64,000 nucleotides of DNA from Trichinella spiralis. Its lineage: Eukaryota. The stretch lies in assembly GCF_000181795.1 (NCBI RefSeq), contig NW_003526944.1, forward strand, positions 2,221,434 to 2,285,433. The letters are read 5' to 3'. The notes below the pieces were generated by a model. The model saw only the letters and a program-made list of their open reading frames with translations, did no database searches and was not told where the DNA came from. The translations under genes were made by a program, and so were the position numbers. This document shows, one piece after another, positions 39,655-53,443 of this stretch (its first letter is position 1; each line of letters opens with the position of its first letter).

Positions 39655-42476
39655 TCAATATTGATAAATTGGCAACGGATGTCCTTCTGTATTGAAAACA
39701 TATTCGTCCAACGTTAGTGTAGAATTGTCGTCGTCGAACAATAAATATAGGTATTTGAGTGTTTCAGCTAAGAAGAAGCTTTCCATTTTTTCAATGCACT
39801 TCGGCTCTTCTACCAGTACACTTTGCACGGAACAATAGCCGTTGACTTGTTTGGCATGTTTTTCAATTGCTTGAAACACTTGCCACCCCCAATCTTGATA
39901 AATAGGATCTTTTGTAATACGATACAAATAAAACCAACTTTCAATTGCTTCTGGTCTGAGGAGACTGTGCGAGTCAGCTTGCTAGTGAGAAGAAAAAAAA
40001 CAGTTAAGTTTTCTCTGGTACTTATGAACAGTATAATTGTTTTGGTAGTGTTACTTTGATTTCAATGTCCGGTTTCGAAGACAAATCATTCACATTGAAA
40101 TACGCAATCTCGGGACCCAAGCCCAGTGGATTGGCAGCGTAAAATTCATAACATGTTGTTGCTACACTTTTCGCCGTCTCCAGTAGCATTTCATTCAAAC
40201 CGTGATGCACTGCTAACGCCAGCTGACCTGGCAGAAAGCAAACCAAATGATCCTTATATTACAAAATAGTCGTGTATTATTCAACTAAAGCAACCAATAA
40301 TGTAGATAAACTGTATATTTCATTTCAATTACCATTTTCGGTGAAAATGACGAATTTTGAAGCAATTCTCCAACAAATGCTAATTTTCGAGATTTACTAC
40401 GTCGAAGAAGCAACTTAGTAACACCGGACATGCTTTTCAAAAAATCATCCTTTAACCTGAAAAAAGCATATGGATGGAGGATGTTCAAGGGGAATAAATT
40501 ATAGTAGTAATTATAATATAACACACCAATTAATTGTTTTTCCTGTCTGAAGCCATTGTTTCAGTAAATATTCATAGTAACTGTCTGTACGGGCGCCTAA
40601 GGTGATTCGACCTTCTTTGACAAATTTTCCCGTATCGACATTGATGAACATTGGACACAGACCAGCGTATTTTTTACACTGCTGCTGATTGTGAATAGTA
40701 GTTGACACTTTGAACGCTGCTAACTGAAATAAAACGATGTTCAACAACAGTACTTTTATATAAAATAGAAAAATATAATTTGTGTGAAATGGAATTTGTA
40801 CTTCGTATTTGGAATCATTTGTAGCTCGACTGAGTTCTCGAAATTCAAGCTGCAAGCTAGCCACTTCTGAAAGCGAACTAAGCGACATCCACGGTGGATT
40901 TCGCCCTTCGCCAGTGTGCAAATTAACATCACTGTATGGGATACCACTTTTAGTGGAAAATGCAGGCATAAGACGATCACCTAATTCTTTCTGCAACAGC
41001 TGTATTTTAAAATTAACATAATTAAAAATAATTTCTTTATATAAACCGCTTTTTCTAGAAACAGATCATCATCCGTAAGGCGATAAACACTCAGCAAGCC
41101 TCCGAGAATACGTATAGTCACTTCGAAAAGACTGACAAATCGATCTACATCCGCACTGAATGTTGAAAATTGATTTCGTACTGCAGTAAATTCTGAAAGG
41201 TATTCTCGACAATGACAAATCATAGCTCTCAACTGTTGTACATGTGTACACATTTAATTGTTTACCTTCATTCAGACCCATGATTAACATCGTGTCCAAA
41301 CTGTCCACCAGAGTCAGTTGCAAGCCGAACCATTCCTTGGTAGGTTTGGCGTTGACAGGATCCAGCATATCACTGCCGAAAGCATACCGCTTGTACGCAT
41401 CCCAAGCATGACGGAACGCGTTCACCACGGCTCTCTGGCGTTCATTGGACGGTCCTTTATCATAAAAGTAAACAATAATTCAAATTCATTTAATCTGCAT
41501 ACCAAAATGCAATATAATCACCATTGAAATTCCCTGCTCTTTTTCCTTCATCTATTTCATAGGACATACTAATCACTGGTTGTGTTTTGACATTTACTGC
41601 AACGTCCTACAAAATATTCGGAAAAATCAAATGCGCTTACTAAACAGATAATAGCAACAGATTTCATTATTTGCAAACTGGTAACAATATTTAAACAATG
41701 CATAACGTGGTCCATATATTCTGTACTAATTGTACAAAATAATATTACATTTTCTTTATTTAGATGGTTTTCAAAAAAGTGAAAATGTTTGATTTAATGA
41801 ATTAATACATGTATATATATAATTAAATAGTTTTATACAAGATATTTATTAATTTCAATATCAAACGAAAATTATAACATTAACTAACTTGAAAATAGTT
41901 TATACTGTAGTATATTATACATCATATTTTGACAAGTTGTTGTTGTTTGATCTGAAAATACATTTCATTTGAAAAAAATTTCGAAATTTCTCTACAGCTG
42001 TATGTAAAATAATGTTCTTTTAATCACATACAAAACGATTCATTCAAATGTACTGCAGTTCTAGCGTTATTAATGCAGATAATGTTGACATTGAAAATTT
42101 CATCATGCTGAATACAGTATAGTATACAAATGCACTCATAAATGAATGTTAAAATTACTTATACTACTAATAGTACATAATTAACTACTAACAGTCTTAG
42201 CAGAAGTCAACAATACTTACATCATCTTTCTTGACACGACGAAGATATAATAAAGCAGCTGAGCATGTACTGAATATACCAATTATGATCAACAAGAAGC
42301 GCACAATTCTAGGTATTCGTCTCCAGTTCTGAAGGAAACAAGTCTACTGTTATTAGGGTTGTTGATTAAAAAATATCTGTAATTTTCAGTACTCGGCTGA
42401 AAGCAGTTTTCAAGCGACGCTGCTTTTGAATATTACCCAAATTTTCATCGATGTCAATTATTAATGGGGCGTGCAT
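39655..42476 (-). CDS. MAN1B1-like: GH47 alpha-1,2-mannosidase, ER mannosidase I-like; type II membrane protein
   Basis: N-terminal [19 protein letters not shown] transmembrane segment. GH47 motifs: [81 protein letters not shown]. Confidence 0.92.
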
Positions 42477-43394
42477 TTACCAACTGAAATGATTGTCAAT
42501 TCTAAAATTTCAAGCATATAAAATACGGCGAAAGCTGTATCAGTAAATAAATTTCATGTACAATCACTGTAACACCAAGCGCGTTCAATAGTAAATAGCA
42601 AAGACTGTTTGCATTACTGAAAGTTACATTGAAGCTCAGTAACAAGCATCAATACAAACATTAATGAATATAAATATATAATTCTCCTGCCGTTAATCGT
42701 ACATTTTTCGTTACTATTTTTACAAGGCAATTACTGTAATTATAATTATTCAGGTTTTATTCATTATGCACAAATTGTTGTTATCCACTTTTATTTTGTT
42801 AAATAAAAAATTAGCTTGATAATAGAAGGAATTTGATAAATTAAAAAAATTATTTTAGAATGAATTCACTGTTTTTTATTCTTTAACTACGTTAATGTTA
42901 TCGAAGAAAAAACAATATTTAATGGTCATTGTTGTATAATAAGTTTCACAAATTGAACTTGAATGTTGATAAAAAGTACAGTGGTGATGCGATAATTGTA
43001 GTCCAAAGGTATGTAGGTGTTGGAGCTTGTAATTTGTAATTGCAAAGCTGTCTCAAATTATTTTTAACTTTCTGATACTAGAATAGCCAAAAATAATATG
43101 CTTTATTATTTTTTTCAATTTTACAACCTTCATTTTGTTTTACTTTGATGAACATCAATGTGAGCGTACAATTTCTGTTTAAACAAATGAATATTGATAT
43201 CATTATTTTATTGCAGTTTTGTTTTGATGGTGGATAGTACTGACGAATAGCAGTTGAACAATGGATGTTTGGAAGCGATGTCAGAAGGAAAAATACTAAT
43301 GAAGCTATTCAACAACAACAACAACGTATTGGTTGATCATTTTCACTGCCGATATTGTTTGAAGTGATGATAAAGGAGTGAAAAATATTTTACA

Positions 43395-46046
43395 ATGAGC
43401 TATCGTGATGTGATTTTTGATCAACTAAAATGTCGTAACCAGTCGATGAACGATGCGTATATGGATATATATCTGTCGTGTAATAATTTTGCAATTTGTT
43501 CTATTGAAATTCTATTTGGAATCTTTTTTTGATTTAGATTCAGAACTGTTCGATGCTGTATCACATTTGAAATCTGTTATTAAACGACTTAGCACAACTG
43601 ACGGGAAAGGTGGAGAAAATGAAATTGATAAAGAAAAAATAAGAACTCTTGAAACTCAGCTTTTGGAACTGCAGCAAGAAAGGGCAGATTTGTATAAAAA
43701 ACGCGGCGAAGTATTTTTCTTTTTTTTAGTTTAGTTACATCTTTGCGTGATTTGATTTAATATTTTAATAATTTCGTGTAAAATATCAAACACTGAACGT
43801 TTTTTCTGTTCGATAGCATTATTATTAATATTATTAATACTAATATTATTGCTAATAATGATAGATAAATTTGCTTAGAACGCCGAAATGCTTATTGAAC
43901 TTAACAGAAAGTTGGAAGAAAAGGAAGATGAACGATTGCATGCTTTGAAGCAGTAAGTTTAATTATTTTGATCAGGTGTTTCAGATGTTTCCTAAGACAG
44001 AAGATATTTTATTTAGACTGGAATGCAATTTAGAAGAAAAGCAAAAGCTTGAAGCTGAAAATAGAAAACTCAAAGAAAACTTGGAAAATATGACTAAGAA
44101 TAATCAGGTCGTCAGAATGAATTGATTGATGTGTCGCTTTTTGAATTTAAATAAATTGTGCTTGTCAATTGTAGTTGTTGAAAGACGAACATGTAGTTTT
44201 GCAGAGTACTTTGACCGTGCTCGAAGGACAGTTTCAAGCTCTCAAAGTTGAAAATGCTCAAATGTTAGACAGGTGGAAGTTGTTGAATCAACGTGAAGCG
44301 GATGTTTTGAATTTGGAAAATGATCTGCAGATGCAGTAACTGTTTTCTTCGTATTATTATGTTTATGGCACATTTGTTGTTTTCTGTGTTTCGTAGGATG
44401 AGGAGTTTGAAACTTCAGTATGAATTAGCCGAAGCAGCTGAGCCGTTTGTTCAAATTGATGACATGGAAAACATGTAAGAAATGCATTTTTTTTAATGTG
44501 TCAATAAGTTTTCCAATGTTACAATACAAGTGGATTGCATAGCACATAAAAATGTAGACTTTAATATATATATAGTTTTGTAAAGATGGTGTAGTTATTA
44601 TGATATTGTTTTTGAATCACACCAAATGATCGAAGTGCATTTAGAAAAGATTCACCGTCGCCGTCAATATCTGATTCTAGTGGTTCATTTGTTCCCAAGT
44701 CGTTGAAATGCAAATTCGTAAGCACTGAGAAAGTCACATCTGTTAGAATTACTTTGATTCTCTTTCAGGAAGCTCACGATGGAGAAGTGTTGACATTGTG
44801 CTGGGGTCGTTGTGGGAAAATTTTAGCCACTGGCGGAACGGATCGACGGCTTAAACTGTGGGAAATTGTTGACGGTTGGATGATGTTTCTTTGAATAATG
44901 GCGAAAGAAATGCATTTTTTAAATGGGAAAAAATTGTTTTTTCCAGGTCAGCATGGTAGGCCGGCTACATTGATGGGATGCAATCAGGCTGTGACTTGTG
45001 CGGATTTTGATCTCAACGGAAGTCTAGTGTTGGCGGGAAGCAATGATTTCGCCACTCGCATCTGGAGTGTTGCTGACCAGCGACTTCGACACTCGCTTAC
45101 TGGCCACAGCGGCAAAGTTTTGTGTGCGAAATTTGTAACTGGCGGTCGAGTGATCACTGGTTCGCATGACCGTACGATTCGAATTTGGGATCTTCAAGGT
45201 CGATCCTGTAAGTAGTGAATTTAAAGTAGCAAAACATATTTAAACTAACTCAAATTGTAAGTGCGGTGTAATTTATTAATAATTAAATGAAAAAAAAATT
45301 TTTTATCCTAGGCTATAGAACGTTGCTTTCCGCTTCGACTTGTTACGATCTGGTGGCGGTTGGCAATTCGCAGTCAATGCTGATTAGTGGTCATTTTGAC
45401 AAAAAAATACGTTTTTGGGATGATCGTTGTCAACACGTGGTAAAAGATATGCAAGTTGGAGGAAAAATTACATCTCTCGACGTAGCCAACGGTAAATAGT
45501 TAGTTCTTTTATAAATCTAATTATATTTGTCATCTGCATATTTTTCTTTTCATCTTCAGATGACGTCAATTTACTATGCACTACCAGAGAAGATTTGATT
45601 TATTGCATTGATTTGAGGCAGTGTTTGGTGAAACGTAGTTTTGGGTAAATTAACTTTTTGTTGAGTACTTTTATAGTCAGTTTTTAAATTCACTAAATGA
45701 TTTGCAATGTTTAACAGTTGGTTTAATGAGAGGCTTCTTTTTTTTTGTAGGGCCGATGGTTTCAAAATTGGTTATGATTTTGTCAGAGGAAAATTCAGTC
45801 CTGATTCACACTATTGCATCTGCGGCTCAGCAGATGGAAATGTTTACATATGGAATGCAATGTCAGGCAAATTGGAAACAGTTCTAACCAACGGACATAG
45901 GTTCGTTTTGAGATTCATTATTTTTGTCATATTATTTTTTAAATATTGATTTTTGTAGTTCTTGTGTAATTGCATCCATGTGGAACTTGGATGGAACAGT
46001 TGTGGCCACTTGTGAAAAACAAAAAGTAGTATCAATATGGATGTAA
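43395..46046 (+). CDS. ATG16: Autophagy protein ATG16 (N-terminal helix, coiled coil, WD40 repeats)
   Basis: Starts MSYRDVIFDQLKCRNQ. Coiled coil includes LKDEHVVLQ and MLDRWKLLNQREADVLNLEND..ELAEAA. WD40 repeats include LATGGTDRRLKLW, LRHSLTGHSGKVLCAKF and SGHFDKKIRFWD. Ends VVSIWM*. Confidence 0.9.
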
Positions 46047-46190
46047 TGCTGATATATGAATAAAATTGTTTCATAAATGGAGATGTTATTTTTGCTGTAC
46101 ATACGTTCAAATATATATTTTTTTTAATTTTTGTCTTTGACTTTTCATTTCTCTAAATTTTTGCTTATTAGTGTATGAATTTAGTTTTCA

Positions 46191-47046
46191 ATGACTTTTA
46201 AATATCGTACCGAGACTGGTAGTCAGGTGAGTTTTGTTCGCATGCTGTGGATAGTTTTGAATTCTTTTATAAATATTACAACAGTATTTATAATTTTCTT
46301 TTATCTTTACGCGCATTTATGTGTACGCATTGTATGTTTAGCTGTTTTCACGTTTAAATCCGAAACCAGCTTTATCGATATCTCTGGGAGGTCTGTTTCC
46401 TGACCCATTGCAGCCGAAGCATATTGTGGAAATTGTCGGCGGCAGCGGCTCTGGGAAAACGTTGCTTCTGCTGGAAGTGATCGCCAGTTGCATTATTGAT
46501 CTTCAGGTAGGTGTGCTGCTGTTGGACTGTGATCGTCATTTTTGTTTATCCGCTCTGGTGAACGTGTTGTCCATGCGTAATCCGGGTGCCAAAGATGAAC
46601 AAGCTTTGCTGAACTGTTTGAATCGACTTCACTCGATCGTTTGCCGCAACGGCGAGGATTTGTGGCACAGTTTGGATTTTGCCGACAAAATTGTCCACCG
46701 TACCGCTTCACTGATGAACGTGATAATTATTGACAGTGTTTCGGCTTTTTCTCTGACCAGTGCCGGTAATTTGCGCGAAAAGCACGAACGTCTGGTCTTG
46801 AAAGTGCGACGCACAGTCGAAGAGCACAATTTGGTCGCTTTCATCACCAGGCAAACGGTCACCAGACATCCAGACCGTGCAGAAGAAACTGGACGTCATG
46901 TTTCTGCAATTTTGGACCATTGTTGGCGCAAAGCCAACACCGTACGCGTGCAAACCCATTGCTTCAACTGGAATCAGTTTCAAGCCACCGTGGACAATCG
47001 AATTGTTCATTTTCGATCGATTAATGGAAGACCCTGTTTCAATTGA
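46191..47046 (+). CDS. XRCC2: RAD51 paralog XRCC2 (2 exons; intron 46227-46341)
   Basis: MTFKYRTETGSQ|LFSRL resembles XRCC2 RAESGTE-LLARL. Walker A GGSGSGKT; VLLLDCDRHF resembles VLFIDTDYHF; Walker B IIIDSVSAF resembles LILDSLSAF. Confidence 0.82.
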
Positions 47047-47231
47047 CTGTTAGTCTTCTTTGTTCGGCGAACGTCGTTCTGTACGCGCTGTTTTTGGTAT
47101 GATGTTGAAATTGTACGAATTTTTTTTCATTTCAAACAATTCTACCTGCGTATCAGTTTACTTACAGTCTGACATGTGTGAGTAGGTAATAATATATTGA
47201 ATGTGAACGGTGAATTTTGTGTTTGGTGAAA

Positions 47232-48770
47232 TTAATTTCCGTGTGCCACATCAACCGGATCAAATGCGAGTGCCAATTTGATCGGTTTTTCTTTTTTTGC
47301 AATCACCTGCAGATATTTTTCATTTTTAAATTTAAACTGCACCGTTTTCGGGTCGATGTTCAACGGCATTTGATAACTGCGGAACAGTTCCCTTGCGCGG
47401 TATTGGTTTGTTGGCAATGGGGCGTTCGATTTGCAATGAATCAGCAATTCGTTGCCCATCACTTTTGCCTAAATGAATAATTTATCAGTCATACAATTTG
47501 GATGCAATTTTATCTAAATGACAATTTACGTTTCAAAAATAAAGCGGTCATCACTGGCAGACAAATGATTCCTGTCTTAAGCATTAATTAGAAAGAATAT
47601 TTATCATTTTGTTCATAGTTGATCTTTCTTCATTTCTAAGTAAACGTAAAGTGCTTTAATTTTAGTAACAATGTAAACAGTGATTAAGATTAATTTGGAG
47701 GCTTGAAGAGAAAGACCCAAATGCTGGTGCACAACTAGTGCTCACGAACAATTGTAATTATTTCAATGCAAATCGTTTTTTCTCAATTTCTCTTCAAGAT
47801 AACATTTTTTAAAGTAGTTTAGGTGTAATATTTTTTTCTGGTGATTTAAGCGGAACTGAAATTTGTTTTATTGGTTTTTTTATGCACTTAACACTCACTA
47901 CCTCTCGAAACTTGGCAAATATTTTCAGTTGAAATAAACTGTTGTTTTTCAAATCTAATGCACTCTTATTGTGCATTTGTCAACAGAAATTGTGAAAAAA
48001 TTTTAAATATTCGTCATTGTTATATTTATTATATTATTGGTTTGCTGTTTCTGAATTTTTGACCGTTGATTTAAAGTTGAAAAATTGCCAATATCCCTAA
48101 ATATCAAGAATCAAATTTTAAAACCGTCTATTTCAGTTTTGAATTAATCATTAAATTTTTTCAAACTTTGAACAATGTAGATAAAATTGTTTTTATAGTT
48201 TGTTGAAAATGCAGATATTCGATACTTACGGCTACTTCAGCGGATGTGAACGGTGCGATGGCGAGCTTGACTTCAAACTCATTTTCAGTGTTGTAAACAC
48301 TGACTGGTCCCAAAGGCCAGTCCCAGAGTGACGAAGAACGGTCACTGAAGCCTCCTTGGCCAAAGCCCGCCGGCTTTTTCCTGCCTAGCATTGGTGATGT
48401 CATCGTTGTTGTAACTGGGACTGTTTCTGTTTCGGCGGTGATTTGCTTCACTTCATCAGAATCGACGAGATTATTCAATTCAGCTAGACTGTGGATGAGC
48501 TGTTTTGCTTCAAGCGTCCTCTGACCACGTATCAAACCCCGGCGTGTATAAACCGTTGGATTATCAATGGCCACAAATTGCGGATTCACGCTTTCCCGGC
48601 GTGTTTTCAACGATCGACATTCCTCTGGGCAGGGTTCGTCTTTGCACTCTTCGTTTGCCGTACCATTTCTTAAACCAATAAAGAAAACATATCAAGCATT
48701 TACTAATGAGATATATTTATTGCGTGAAAAATTGGAATATTCCTTCTTCTCACTCTTTCCTCTCTGCCAT
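47232..48770 (-). CDS. Small heat-shock protein (alpha-crystallin domain, HSP-12-like core) with long N-terminal extension; 3 exons
   Basis: Reads MAERKE|NGTANEEC...WDWPLGPVSVYNTENEFEVKLAIAPFTSAEVA|AKVMGNELLIHCK...ARELFRSYQMPLNIDPKTV. This matches the nematode HSP-12 pattern WDWPL..V.NT.EKFEV.L..F.P.EI.VKV.G.ELLIHC. Confidence 0.82.
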
Positions 48771-49576
48771 AGTTGTTGTTCGTGAAAAATCATCAACACA
48801 GTTTGCACATTCTCAGCAACCTGGTGGAGCTGGATATGGTTTGATCAATTTTTGATAGCTGCGTTGAAATTCGACAATTTATTTCTGCCAATGAAATTCA
48901 GTCATTTCAGTATATATATCGAAAAGTCTGTTTGCCAAACCACAACCACTCGACCGCGGACAGCTTTCGGACAAGCTTTTTATAAAGCTGGAAAAATTCT
49001 GGCATTGTCACCGACCAGGTGCTTTCTGACAACCACTGAAACTCCACCAAACTGATGGCAGTGGCGCATCAACTGGTAGAACCACTTGAAAGCCAAGCGA
49101 AGTGCTTTTCGTTGCCACTATTTATTTTTCAATTAAAAAAGGTTTTTCTTCCTGCAAGTGAAATTTTATTTATTTTTTTCAAAATATTCAACCTTTTCCT
49201 TTTATATGACTGTTTTAATTTAAGGAAAAGCTAACTAAGTGAACAGTTGAAGAGACTTTTTTCTCCCGTTTCTGTAATAAGATACTTTTGCAAAGTATTT
49301 AAATAGCAAAATATGGTTCAAAAAGAACTGGGTTTGATGTTTTTATTTATTTTATTCAACTATTGATACAATTTATAGGGTAATTGTGAGTTGTTTTTTA
49401 AATTAATGAGTGATTTACAATATTTTTAGTGCATACTTAATCATCAGTTTACTGTAATGTGCCAGACAACCGCTAAAGAATGAATGAATTTTGGTATCAC
49501 AGTTTTACGCTTATTTAGCCGTAAATTGTTGTTCAGTACAGCTTGTTGCAAATTTCCAAACAAATACAGCTCTATC

Positions 49577-52500
49577 ATGTCCCAAGCTAGTTTGACGTAA
49601 GAGCTTTGTTTATTTATTATTCGTCTCTTTGAAAAACATACTATGTGATATATTTTCAAATGAAAATCTGAGATTATATCTATTTTTTTGCTATGCTCAA
49701 TCCTAGCTTAACTAATCTTAAATTTTCTTTAGGTCATTTTTTGCTCCAAAAGGAAGTGCTGATTCTGAGAAGAGAACGTTATCGAAAAGAAAATCAGACT
49801 TGTCTGCAGTTGAAGGTATTGTTGCTTTGTTTTTGTGGGTTACCGTCTGTACAGTTTTGATTGGCATAAAATTGTAATTGCTCCGCTTATTATTGTTTGA
49901 CGGATGATCGTTTCATTTTTCTGCCATCAATTTTGCTGACATTAATAAATTTTCAGCTTCGAATTCAAACCCCGCCTCCAGTGTTATAACCAAAGACTTA
50001 TCCAAATTTACTGAAATTGATGAGTTTGTATTTCTTTTTAATGTTTACTGTATTTTAATTTTAATTTTCACCACATCTTTTCTTGTTTCAAGAAAGAAGA
50101 GGAAAGTGCAGAAAGTTGATTCTAACGATGACAGGTAAATTAAATTCAATGATATCTTTTGCAAAATGCAGTTAAACCGATAAGTGATGATTTTTGTTGT
50201 GATTTATCATTTGTTTTTTATTCAAATACGTTGCTATAATACTGAAGAATTTTTCAATTTAGATTAGAAAATGATAGCGTTAAAAATGCATCCGAAAATG
50301 CTGCGTGTACCAGTAAAAAAGGCTATACTATTTTGGCAAAGGAAAAGTAATTTTTTTTTTCAGTTCTTATATTGACCCTAAACCAGTAATCGGTTACAGT
50401 TATTGAAATTTTCATGTATTTATTTATTCATTTCACGCATTTACATTTCTTTTAATTGTCAGTACAAATTCAAAATGTATTTAAATTTGCAATTCAAATG
50501 TCTTACTGTATGCTTGATATTTTGTATTGATGAAGATTTTCTGATACTTTCTCCTAATGTATTTGTGATTTTTTTGTTATCAGGCAAATTTCCTTTTTAA
50601 TAATTTGTCATTTATGCAGGACGTGATGATTAATATTTTTATCATTATTTTTTAAAGAATATTTTGTTTATTAGCAAATCTACCCAACTAGTAAAACTCG
50701 TCAAAAATTGTTTCAGTGAACAAGAAGATGTTGTTGAACCCCAAAACTACAAGCCAGATGCAACAACGTACGATCCAGAATGTAATGCTTGTTGGAGAGC
50801 AGGTGAACAGTAAGCAATTTGTTAATGGAATCTTAAGTTTAGTTTATTATTAATTTTTTTTGAATGTTTTTTGCTGTCGTTTCTAATAAGACTGACTTTA
50901 CATCCAAATGAATTATTTTAGTCAACTGTTTGTTTTGAATTTTGCATCTTATGGTTTGCCTTAATTTTGTTTATAGAGTACCTTATCTTGCTTTCGCATA
51001 TACGATGAAGGCAATTGAAAATACATCGTCTAGATTGGAGATTATTAGAATATTGTCTAATTTTTTTCAATCTGTCATTTGGCTTAATCCTGATGATTTA
51101 TTGCCTTGTATATATCTTTGTCTGAATCGTCTTGGACCATCTTACGAAGCAGTAGAATTAGGTATTGCCGAAGGTACACTGCAGAAAGCTGTGGCGCAAT
51201 CGACTGGTCGCAGCATGGAGAAAATCAAAGCAGATATTGCCGATAAAGGCGATTTGGGAATTGTGGCCGAAGTAAATTTTGTCTACGCTTGTTATTATAA
51301 TAAATTTGTTTTGTTTATTATTTATTCTCTTATAGATGAGTAGGAATATGCAGAGAACAATATTCGCTACGCGTCCTTTGACAGTTGCTGGTATTTTTGC
51401 AAAGTTGAATCAAATTGCTCACTTGTCGGGCAGCAGTGTAAGAAAGAATATTGAAAATGAAAACGATGATGAAATTATTTTAGTCAATGAACAAAAAATT
51501 GGAAATGGTCAAAGGTTTGTTGGTAAGCTGTCGAGATTGTGAAGCGCGTTATTTGATACGTTGTTTGAGTGGGAAAATGCGTATCGGTCTTGCAGAACAA
51601 AGTTTGTTAGTAGCGCTTGCGCATGCTTTTGCATTTATTGAAAGGAAAAAAGGTTAATTGTAAATTTTTGTTATCACTGTTCGATGATTTGTTGCTTACT
51701 GTAATTTTGTATTCAAATTGCAGAAAACAAGAAAAAACTTCGAGATGATGCTTTGAAAGAATATCTTGATGAATGTGCTTTAATTATGAAAACAGCGTAT
51801 TGGTAATGAACTTTATGTTATATTGGATTGTATGCTGTATAATTTTGTTTAGTGAATGTCCTGATTATGGCAAAATTGTCGACATTGCTTTGAGGCATGG
51901 TCTGCATGCTTTGCCGGAGCATTGTCATATCACGCCTGGCATTCCGTTGAAACCGATGCTTGCGTTTCCAAGTAAAGGTATCGAAGAAGTTTTGAAAAGA
52001 TTTGGCAGTGCTGAATTTGCATGTGAATGGAAATACGACGGCGAGAGAGCACAGGTCTGATTGAAATACACTGCTTTGAGAAATTTCTCGAAAATGGTCT
52101 CCCATATTTAGATTCATTTTTACGATGGTACTGTAAAAGTGTTTAGCCGTAATCAAGAAAATCATACAGGAAAGTATCCAGATATTGTTGAATTGATTCC
52201 GAAAGTGCTGTCGGCTACGAATAATAAAAATAATCAAACTGATCCCATCTCGTCTTGCATTATTGACTCTGAAATTGTAGCATGGGATACGGAAAATCAG
52301 TCGATTTTACCTTTTCAAGTTTTATCGACTCGCAAGAGAAAGGTATTTGTTATTTTTATTTAAATTGTTGTTTATATTTTATTATTATATTTAGGATGCG
52401 GAAAGTGGTGATGTTAAAGTTAACGTTTCTGTTTTTGCTTTCGATTTGCTTTATTTGAATGGTCAGTCGTTGACCACGCAACCGTTTCGTGAAAGGCGTA

Positions 52501-53443
52501 GCATGTTGCGTTCACTGATTGAAGAAATGGATGGACATTTTTTCTTCACTAAAAGTTTGGTTACTAATGATTCAGATGAAATTGGACAATTTTTAGAAGA
52601 AGCAGTTAAAGGTAAACTAAATGATACTTTGAAATGGTATGTCTTATTTTTTATGTTTTGGTTACTTTAGGCAATTGCGAAGGTTTAATGTTGAAAACAT
52701 TGGATAAAGATGCAACTTATGAAATTGCAAAGCGATCGCATAAATGGTTAAAGTTGAAAAAAGATTATTTGGATAATACAGGCGATACAGTAGATTTAGT
52801 AGTCATTGGAGGTTATTTGGGTGTAGGTCGTCGCGTGGGCGTTTACGGCGGTTACCTTCTAGCTTGTTATAATCCAACTACTGAAGAATATCAAAGTATA
52901 TGTAAAGTAGGTTGCTACATATATATATGTAAGCATGCATGTGTAAGTGAAATAAATGTATTCTCTTCGATCAGATTGGTACTGGTTTCAAAGATGAAGA
53001 CTTACAGAAACAGGCAGAATTTTTCAAACAGCACATAATTTCTGCTCCAAAATCGTACTACAGATATTCCAGCTCAATAGCACCGGATCACTGGTTCGAT
53101 CCAGTTCAAGTATGGGAAGTGAAAGCGGCTGATCTTTCTATATCACCAAAACATTTCGCAGCGATCGGTATTGTAAGTGTTGTATTTTTTTGTTCATTTG
53201 AAAATTTTCCTTTCTGGGGGTCTTATGCATTTCCCGCTTTTGCACCTTGAGGTGGATGATGAGAAAGGTATTTCGTTGCGTTTTCCGCGTTTCATCCGCG
53301 TGCGTGATGACAAAAATCCCGAAGATGCAACAACGGCAGAAGAAGTAGCTGAAATTTACTACAATCAGGAAAGTGTGAAGAATGCAAAAGCTGCTGCCAC
53401 AAAAGATGTGCTAAGCGATAATGATGTTGATGATGATTTTTAA
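49577..53443 (+). CDS. LIG1: DNA ligase I
   Basis: Spliced N-terminal PIP box [27 protein letters not shown]; active site [39 protein letters not shown]. Confidence 0.96.

Noticed and set aside
48814..48830. Third CTCF-like site (CCACCAGGTTGC on the minus strand)
   Set aside because: It has a mismatch at a core conserved G and is too weak on its own.
48975..49005. Heat-shock element upstream of the sHSP gene
   Set aside because: GAAAAATTC has the wrong spacing for nGAAnnTTCn; only a possible TATA box is present.
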